DNA of 64,000 nt from Longimicrobiales bacterium. Lineage in GTDB: Bacteria; Gemmatimonadota; Gemmatimonadetes; Longimicrobiales; Gaopeijiaceae. The stretch is taken from contig OZ251497.1 in assembly GCA_965242735.1 (NCBI GenBank), positions 1,140,409 through 1,204,408 on the forward strand, read 5' to 3'. Below, piece by piece: positions 48,076-54,673 of this stretch. Each line of letters opens with the position of its first letter. The first letter of the stretch is position 1. Both the position numbers and the translations under genes were made by a program. A model generated the notes under the pieces. It did not search any database and was not told where the DNA came from. It saw only the letters and a list, made by a program, of their open reading frames with translations.

Positions 48076-49149
48076 ATGGAGGCGTCCCGCCCCGTGTGCG
48101 ACTTTCCCCGGACCGAGCTGCGGGGGAGCCGTCGGCCGCCGGCGCGCTCCCCCCGGCGGAGCCCCGGGGAGCGGCCCTTGCGCAAAGAGGCGAAGCACGG
48201 CGAGACGGACCGCGTCTACAAGCGGTTCTACGCGGACCCGGCCGTCGTCGAGGAGATCGTGCGCGACTTCGTCGGGGGCGCGTGGACGCGCGAGCTGGAT
48301 TTCGGCACGCTCGAGCGGCTGCCGACCGAGATGGTCGACCCCGTGCTGCCGGTCGTGCGGCACGCCGACATGATGTGGCGGGTGCGGTTCCGGGACCGGC
48401 CGCTGCACGTCGTCCTGCTGTTCGAGTTCCAGTCGGGACCGGACCCGAACATGGCGGTGCGGATCGCCGTCGAGACGGGCGTGTTCTACCGCGAGCTGGC
48501 CGAGCTGCGCAAGCGGGATCCCAGCGTGGGCGAGCATGTGGTCGTGCCAGTGGTGGTGAAGAGCTTCGAGGGCACGTGGACGGCGGCGCGGGGCATGGCC
48601 GAATGGCTGGGCGAGGGCGTGCCCGAGGAGCTGGTTCCATATGCGGCCGGCCGGCGCTACGCGTTGCTGGACGAGTCTGCGGAGGCGAAGAAGGCCGGGG
48701 CTGCCAGCGGCGGCTCCGGCGGCGTGGTGCGTGCGGGCATGGTGTTGCGCCACGAGCGCGACGTGACGCGGCTGGCGGCGGCGGTGCGGGATCTGGACGT
48801 GCAGTTGGACGCGTCGTCGGTCGCGCGCGGCGCGCTCGTGGAGTGGCTTCGGAGCCAGATGATAAATTCGGGTGCGACGGAGGCGGAGGTCGCGCACCTG
48901 GACACCCTACGGGAGGCGGGCGAGATGTACGTGAATCAATTCCAGGAAACGTTCCGCGACGGCTTGGCGCAGGGCCTCCAGAAGGCCCACGTCGACATGG
49001 CGCGGTGGAAGTTCGGCGAGGAGACGGCGCAGCGGCTGGCCGAGCTGCTCGAAGCGGCGGGAGACGCGGAGCGCGTCTCTCGAATCGGGCGGTTGCTCGT
49101 CGAGTGCGAGACGGGCGAAGAGCTGATCGCGAAGGCCGCGCGGGCCTGA
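48076..49149 (+). CDS. Rpn-family recombination-promoting nuclease / putative transposase (YhgA-like, PD-(D/E)xK)
   Basis: It has ..DRVYKRFYADPAVVEEIVRDF.., ..ERLPTEMV....RHADMMWRV.., ..VVLLFEFQS.. and a helical C-terminal domain. The N-terminal 35 aa are Arg-rich, and TTG 48178 is an alternative start. Confidence 0.7.
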   Translation: MEASRPVCDFPRTELRGSRRPPARSPRRSPGERPLRKEAKHGETDRVYKRFYADPAVVEEIVRDFVGGAWTRELDFGTLERLPTEMVDPVLPVVRHADMMWRVRFRDRPLHVVLLFEFQSGPDPNMAVRIAVETGVFYRELAELRKRDPSVGEHVVVPVVVKSFEGTWTAARGMAEWLGEGVPEELVPYAAGRRYALLDESAEAKKAGAASGGSGGVVRAGMVLRHERDVTRLAAAVRDLDVQLDASSVARGALVEWLRSQMINSGATEAEVAHLDTLREAGEMYVNQFQETFRDGLAQGLQKAHVDMARWKFGEETAQRLAELLEAAGDAERVSRIGRLLVECETGEELIAKAARA

Positions 49150-49201
49150 CGGAAGACCCGCGCAGCCTTGCGGACTTCGAAGCGGCGCCAGCCTCCGCCC
49201 G

Positions 49202-50695
49202 TCACCCCCGACTTCGGTCGAACGCGATCTGGCGCCCGCAGGGCTCCCGGCTCACCTCTCCGTCCTTGAACACCGTTCTGCCGCCCACCCACGTCCGCAC
49301 CGGCCAGCCGGAGAGCTGCGCGCGGTGCCACGGCGTCCAACCGCATTTCGTCCGCTGGTTCGCATTCCGCACCTCGCGCCGCAACGACAGATCGACCAGC
49401 GTCAAGTCGGCGTCGAACCCTTCTTCGATCCGGCCCTTGCGGGCGATGCTCCAGACACGGGCGGGCGCGCCGGACGTCCACCGCGCCACCTGCTCCAGCG
49501 TGCAGCGCCCCTGATTGACCTGGTCCAGCAGGAGGGGCAGGGCCACTTCGACCGCGGGCACGCCGGACGGCGAGTCGGGGTAGGGCGTCCGCTTTTCTTC
49601 CAGAGTGTGGGGCGCATGGTCGGTGGCGATCATGTCGATCGCGCCTTCCTTGAGGGCGTTCCACAGGGCCGCGCGGTCGGACGCCGTCTTCAACGCCGGG
49701 TTCATTTGTGCCCGCGTGCCGAGGCGGGCATAGTCGGAGACGTCGAGGAAGATGTGATGCGGACAGGCTTCGGACGTGACCAAGGGGCCGGCCTCGGCCA
49801 CGAGGGCGGCTTCGTCCGCCGTGGAGACGTGCAGCACATGGAGCCGGCGCCCGTGCCGCCGGGCCAAGCCGATCGCCTGCCGGGTCGCCCGCACGGCGGC
49901 CGTCCGGTCTCTGATCCGGGAGTGGTCGCTGATCGACAGCAGCGCCTTCTCGCTCGACCTCTGCCTGCCGGACGGCGCGGGCGCGAAGTCGTGGGCGCTC
50001 GAGGTGGTCGCGACGGTCCGTGCGGAGCCCGAGGGCGCGCCGTCCGGTCCGTCCGTCCCTGTCCGGCCGCTTGGCTTCGGAGCTCGGGCCCGCCTCTCCT
50101 CGCACAGCCGCGCCCGGTTGGCGCGCACCGTCGCCTCGTCCTCGCAGTGCGCGGCGATGGGCAACGCCGTCTCGGCGAACAGGCGCTCCAGCAGCTCCGG
50201 GTCGTCCAGCAGCATGTTCCCCGTGCTCGACCCTAGGAAGACCTTGATGCCCGGCGTGCGCGAGGCGAAGGCCGGGTCGCGCGACGCCTTCGCGAGTTCC
50301 GCCAAGTTGTCGCGGGTGGCGCCGACGTAGAACCCGTAGTTGACCACGCACTTGCGGGCCGCCAGCGCCAGCTTGGCCTCCAGCGCTTCGGCCGTGACCG
50401 TCTGCGGCACGGTGTTCGGCATGTCCAGGAACGACGTGACTCCCCCGGCCGCGCACGCCCGGCTTCCGGTGGCCAAGTCCTCCTTGTGCGTCAGCCCCGG
50501 GTCCCGAAAATGCACGTGAGCGTCGATGACGCCGGGCAGCAAGTGGAGCCCCGACGCGTTGATCGTCTCGTCGGCCCGCAGCGTGGGCGCCGCGTCCAGC
50601 GCCGCGATCCGCCCGTCCTCCAAGAGCACGGAAATGCGCGCGATCCCGCCGGGCAGCACCACGTCCGCGTTTCGGATCAGCGTGCGGTGCGCCAT
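49202..50695 (-). CDS. pyrC: dihydroorotase (cyclic amidohydrolase superfamily) carrying an about 45-aa low-complexity in-frame insertion
   Basis: The blocks are ..LPGVIDAHVHFRDPG..KED..TGS.A.AAGGVTSF.DMPNT.P.., ..GIKVFLGSSTGNMLL.., ..IAAHCEDE.., ..LHVLHVSTA.., ..CPHH.. and ..IATDHAPH... Confidence 0.75.
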   Translation of the reverse strand: MAHRTLIRNADVVLPGGIARISVLLEDGRIAALDAAPTLRADETINASGLHLLPGVIDAHVHFRDPGLTHKEDLATGSRACAAGGVTSFLDMPNTVPQTVTAEALEAKLALAARKCVVNYGFYVGATRDNLAELAKASRDPAFASRTPGIKVFLGSSTGNMLLDDPELLERLFAETALPIAAHCEDEATVRANRARLCEERRARAPKPSGRTGTDGPDGAPSGSARTVATTSSAHDFAPAPSGRQRSSEKALLSISDHSRIRDRTAAVRATRQAIGLARRHGRRLHVLHVSTADEAALVAEAGPLVTSEACPHHIFLDVSDYARLGTRAQMNPALKTASDRAALWNALKEGAIDMIATDHAPHTLEEKRTPYPDSPSGVPAVEVALPLLLDQVNQGRCTLEQVARWTSGAPARVWSIARKGRIEEGFDADLTLVDLSLRREVRNANQRTKCGWTPWHRAQLSGWPVRTWVGGRTVFKDGEVSREPCGRQIAFDRSRG

Positions 50696-50753
50696 CCCGC
50701 GGCCTCGCGGCGTCGCCGGTCGCCCGTCTTCGCCCGCCAAGTGAATTCGCCCG

Positions 50754-51344
50754 CTACGTGAAGTAGGGGTTCTCTCCGCTCATGTGGTCGGTCACGTCGT
50801 GGATGGCCGTGACTTCCGGGACGGCCTGCGAGACCATCCTCTCCACGCCTTGGCGCAGCGTCATGCGCGACATGGCGCATCCCTGGCACCCGCCCGCCAT
50901 CTCGATGTAGACCTCGTTTCCCTGGACGTCCACGAGATTGATCGCGCCTCCGTGCGCGGCGACGGCCGGATTCACCTCCGTGTCGAGCACCTGCCGCACC
51001 CGGTCCGCGATCTCGCCGCTCGGCGCCGCCGCGGCCACCGCCGCCTTCACGGCATCCGGGTCGGGCGTGACCTGGAACCCGCTCTCCTGCAACGTCTCGA
51101 CGAAGTCGACCGACGCGCCGTCCAGACGCTTGACGCTGGCCTCGTCCACCAGCACCGTGAAGTCGCCCGCCGGGACCTCCACGTCCGACTCCCGCCGGCT
51201 CGCCGACTCGACCAACGTCAGTTCGTAGGCGGGCGCGAACGGACTTCCGCCGACCGCGATCCGCAACGCCTGGGGTCCGTCTTCCTCCTGGTCCATGAAG
51301 GACAAGACCATGTCGCGGGCCTTGTCCGTGAAGTTGAGCTTCAT
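50754..51344 (-). CDS. nfuA: NfuA-type Fe-S cluster carrier (degenerate IscA/HesB-like N-domain + NifU C-domain)
   Basis: 196 aa. The C-domain ..VNPAVAAHGGAINLVDV.GNEVYIEMAGGCQGCAMS..TL..GVE.. is the Nfu/NifU_C CxxC signature. Confidence 0.8.
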   Translation of the reverse strand: MKLNFTDKARDMVLSFMDQEEDGPQALRIAVGGSPFAPAYELTLVESASRRESDVEVPAGDFTVLVDEASVKRLDGASVDFVETLQESGFQVTPDPDAVKAAVAAAAPSGEIADRVRQVLDTEVNPAVAAHGGAINLVDVQGNEVYIEMAGGCQGCAMSRMTLRQGVERMVSQAVPEVTAIHDVTDHMSGENPYFT

Positions 51345-51389
51345 GTTTCGCGTCTCTCCGCGTGCGGGTCCACCGGTCCGCGATCTGCT

Positions 51390-51452
51390 CTCGTCGCGAC
51401 GAGTTCGGCCAGTCTCGCATCTGTCGCCGTCGCGACGAGTTCGGCCAGCCTC
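51390..51452. promoter_or_regulatory. two 25-nt direct repeats (36-nt period), each containing a GC palindrome, 46-108 nt upstream of nfuA
   Basis: CGTCGCGACGAGTTCGGCCAG(T/C)CTC is found at 51392-51416 and 51428-51452. The 14-bp perfect palindrome CTCGTCGCGACGAG is at 51390-51403 and the 10-bp CGTCGCGACG at 51428-51437. The function is unknown. It could equally be a terminator for the convergently ending... no, co-directional upstream receptor gene. Confidence 0.35.
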
Positions 51453-51456
51453 AAAT

Positions 51457-54390
51457 CTACTCCCATCTCCACAAGTAGTTCATCCGAACATAGAAGAAGG
51501 CGCCGTTGAAGCCGTAGGGAGTGTACTCGCTGTAGGGGTTGCCCACCAGCCCGGCGGTGGGGTTCAGGTCCGGAAACTGGTTCAGCACGTTCTGTCCGCC
51601 CAGCGCGAAGCTGGTGGACTCGCTCAAGGAATAGGCCGCTTCCAAGTCCACGGTGGGGTCGCCGTCGTAGAAGCGGACGTCTTCGGAGTCGTACCAGCCG
51701 CCGTAGTAGTTGAGACGGGCCAGGAAGCGCCAGGGTTCGGGGGCGTGGCTGGCCGACAGGCTCCAGCGCGTGCGCGGCAGGGCTTCCTGAAGCTCGCGGA
51801 TGCGCCGGGCGTCGATGACGGCGTCGCTCCACTTGGTCACCTTCGTGTCGGTGTGGTTGAAGAGAAGCGTGAAGACCGTCGCGCCGCCCAACGCCGCCGG
51901 TTCGTAGGTGGCCACCACGTCCACGCCCTGGGTCCGCGTGTCGAAGTCGTTGGTGAAGAAGCGGAAGTCCCGCACGTTGGCGGCGCTGGCGATCCCTTCC
52001 GCGAGAAGCTGCTCCACTTCGGGCGGGTCGAGCCGGAAGTCCTGCGTCAGCGATATCCGCTGGGTCACGGCGATCCGGAAGTAGTCCGCGGTCAGGTTCA
52101 GCGAGCCCAGTTCCAGCACGGCGCCGAGCGCGATGTTGAGGGATTCTTCCGGCTGCAGTTGCTTGCCGCCGCGCAGCCGGGCGACGGCCGAGGTGGACGC
52201 GATCGTGGCCTTGTTGACCGGAGCGTTGATCTCCCGGTCGAACTCGGTGGTCACGTTGAACGCGTTCTGCTGGCCCGGCGTCGGCGCCCGAAAGCCGGTG
52301 CTGACGCTGCCGCGCACGCCGACCGCGCTCGTCAGGCTGTAGCGGCCGGCCAGCTTGCCGTTCACCGTGACGCCGAAGTCGGAGAAGTCCTCGAAGCGCA
52401 GCGCGCCGCCGAGCGTCCAGCGGTCGTCGTCCGGGTCCCGCATCTCCGCGTCGCCGTAGAAGGCGTAGTTGGAACGGGACCAGTCGCCGACCGACAAGGG
52501 CCCGAAGCCGGGGAAGCCGTCCGAAGCCGCCCGAAAGCCCTGGGCCGCCAGCGGGCCGAACTCCCACGACTCTCGCTGGCCTCCGATGATCTCGAACCGT
52601 TCGTCGCGCCACTCGCCGCCGCCGGCCAAGTTGACCAAGTCGTTGATCCGGTAGGACAGGTCGGCGTGAACGTTGAGCTCCTGCTGCTGGTAGGAGCCGA
52701 GGTCGAAGGAGAGCGGCGTGTCGGGTCCGAGCGACGCGTTCGTCGTCTGGTCGATGAAGAAGTCGAGGCGATTGCTGCCGAAGCTGGCGCTGGCGTCCCA
52801 GTGCAGGCCGAACCCCGTTTCGCCCTTCAGTCCCGCGGCCACGGAGCCGTCCAGCAGGTCGGCGCCGAACTGGGGCGTGTATCCGCCCGGCAGGATTTCC
52901 TGGAACGAGAAGCAGTTGGGGTCCTCCTTCACCTTGGCGAACGCGACGGGGTCCGGCACGCCGCCGACGATGCGCACCTCGGGACAGGCCGCGGATCCGT
53001 CGAGAACGCCGTCGCGCGCGTCCAGCATGTCGGCAATGAGCAACGTCCGCCCTTGGTCGTTGCTGTATATGGCCTGCCGCTCGTTCGGGTTCCGGAAGTA
53101 GAAGCCGCCGACCACGGTCCGGGCGGCGTAGTTGCCGTGGCCGTAGAGCTGGACCGCGTCGCCCAGGAAAGCGCCGAAGTTGCCCCACAGCTTCACGTTG
53201 TCGGCAATGTCGGGCGAGCCCCACACCTGGGCCGGCGTCGCCACGGCGCTGTTGCCGGCCATGACGAGCCGCCGCGCGTCGTCGCGCTGCACGCTCCGGC
53301 TGGTGGGTCCGGCGTTGCCGTATTCGGCGCTGAAGTTGGCGAAGCCCGTCTCTCCCAGCGGCAGGCCCACGTTGCCCGCGACCGTGTAGCTCTGGCCGTC
53401 TCCGGCGACGGGGTAGCTGCCCATGCGGGCCTCGAAGCTGCCGCCGGAGCGATCGTCGCGCAGCTGGAAGTTCATCACGCCGGCGATCGCGTCGGAGCCG
53501 TACTGCGCCGACGCCCCGTCCCGCAGGATCTCGACTTGGCGGAGCGCGATGGCGGGCACCACGGCGATGTCCGGCCCCTGTGCGCCGTCGGCGACCCCGT
53601 TGCCGAACCACGCGATGGCGGCGGCCCGGTGGCGCCGCTTCCCGTTGACCAGCACCAGCGTGTGGTCCGGCGCCAAGTTGCGCAGGTTGGCCGGGCGCGA
53701 GATGGTGGCGGCGTCGGCGATCGGCTGGATGTTGACGTTGTACGACGGCGCGATGTTGCGCAGCAGGCTGCTGAGGTCGGTGTCTCCCTGATTCACGAAG
53801 TCGGCCGAGGCGATGGCGTCCACGGGCACCGGCGAGGCCGTGACCGCCCGCGGCCGGGCCCGGCTGCCCACCGTGACCAGCCCCTCGAGCGCGATCGCCG
53901 CTTGGGAGAGTTCCACGTCCAGGCGCGTCGTCTCGCCGTCGGCCACGACGACTTCCCGGAGCTGGGTCCCGTAGCCGACGAACGAAACGGCGACGTCGTG
54001 GGTCCCCGCCGGAATGCCGGAGATGCGGTAGAGACCCTGCGGGCCCGCTGCGCCGCCGAGGCCCAGATCGACGAGCGACACTTGCGCTCCCGCCAGAGCG
54101 GCGCCCGTGCCCGCGGCCCGCACGCGTCCTTCCAGCGTGCCTTGCGCGGCAAGGCCGCGGGGCCCGCCGACGAGCGCCAAGACGACCAGGACCGAGACGG
54201 CGGCCAAGCCCGCTCCCGATTTCGGGGCTCGCGCGAGGCGCCCGCTCGCGGAGGGCGTGCGGGCGCGGCAACCGGCCCAATTCCGCGCTGGGACGACCCG
54301 CCTATCTCGTCTCGTCGCGGCCTCTGGACTCGCGCCGGCATGTTGGCGGTCATGGGTGACCGTCAAGACCGGTCCCTGCTCTCGTCTCAT
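51457..54390 (-). CDS. TonB-dependent receptor with N-terminal carboxypeptidase-regulatory-like domain
   Basis: It has ..LEGRVRAAGTGAALAGAQVSLVDLG...G.YRISGIPAG.H.V..S.VGY.., a plug (..NLRNLAPDHTLVLVNGKR.. and ..ILRDGASAQYGSDAIAGVMNF..), and a barrel ending ..FFYVRMNYLWRWE. The start is uncertain: ATG 54390 or TTG 54207, the latter immediately before the signal peptide. Confidence 0.85.
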   Translation of the reverse strand: MRREQGPVLTVTHDRQHAGASPEAATRRDRRVVPARNWAGCRARTPSASGRLARAPKSGAGLAAVSVLVVLALVGGPRGLAAQGTLEGRVRAAGTGAALAGAQVSLVDLGLGGAAGPQGLYRISGIPAGTHDVAVSFVGYGTQLREVVVADGETTRLDVELSQAAIALEGLVTVGSRARPRAVTASPVPVDAIASADFVNQGDTDLSSLLRNIAPSYNVNIQPIADAATISRPANLRNLAPDHTLVLVNGKRRHRAAAIAWFGNGVADGAQGPDIAVVPAIALRQVEILRDGASAQYGSDAIAGVMNFQLRDDRSGGSFEARMGSYPVAGDGQSYTVAGNVGLPLGETGFANFSAEYGNAGPTSRSVQRDDARRLVMAGNSAVATPAQVWGSPDIADNVKLWGNFGAFLGDAVQLYGHGNYAARTVVGGFYFRNPNERQAIYSNDQGRTLLIADMLDARDGVLDGSAACPEVRIVGGVPDPVAFAKVKEDPNCFSFQEILPGGYTPQFGADLLDGSVAAGLKGETGFGLHWDASASFGSNRLDFFIDQTTNASLGPDTPLSFDLGSYQQQELNVHADLSYRINDLVNLAGGGEWRDERFEIIGGQRESWEFGPLAAQGFRAASDGFPGFGPLSVGDWSRSNYAFYGDAEMRDPDDDRWTLGGALRFEDFSDFGVTVNGKLAGRYSLTSAVGVRGSVSTGFRAPTPGQQNAFNVTTEFDREINAPVNKATIASTSAVARLRGGKQLQPEESLNIALGAVLELGSLNLTADYFRIAVTQRISLTQDFRLDPPEVEQLLAEGIASAANVRDFRFFTNDFDTRTQGVDVVATYEPAALGGATVFTLLFNHTDTKVTKWSDAVIDARRIRELQEALPRTRWSLSASHAPEPWRFLARLNYYGGWYDSEDVRFYDGDPTVDLEAAYSLSESTSFALGGQNVLNQFPDLNPTAGLVGNPYSEYTPYGFNGAFFYVRMNYLWRWE

Positions 54391-54558
54391 TATGCCTCCA
54401 GGCTTGCTGCGACATGTTTGGCGGTCATCGGCGACCGTCAAGCGGGTCCCTGCTCTTGGCTCATCGTGCCTCCAGGCTTGCTGCGACGTGTTTGGCGGTC
54501 ATGCATGACCGTCAAACCGGTCGCTGTTCTCGTCCGCCGCCTCCAGACTCGCCGCGAC
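54300..54558. repeat. 74/75-bp tandem repeat, about 3.5 copies, in the receptor gene leader
   Basis: The landmark GGCGGTCAT is found at 54345, 54420 and 54494. Each unit has a GGTCA-N4-TGACC-type inverted repeat (54348-54361, 54423-54436). The third is the perfect 14-bp palindrome GGTCATGCATGACC at 54497-54510. Confidence 0.85.
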
Positions 54559-54673
54559 CGCCTTCGGCGCCGGACCGGGCGGTGCCGGCGCGCGCTCCGA
54601 ACGCAGGGCAAGGGTCGGACGCGCGATGCGCATTAAAGTAAAACGATGTCGGGCGCGTCTTCGGCGCGACCGG

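Noticed and set aside
54300-54558. Considered as a CRISPR array
   Set aside because: The units are contiguous tandem repeats with no unique spacers, and no cas genes are nearby.
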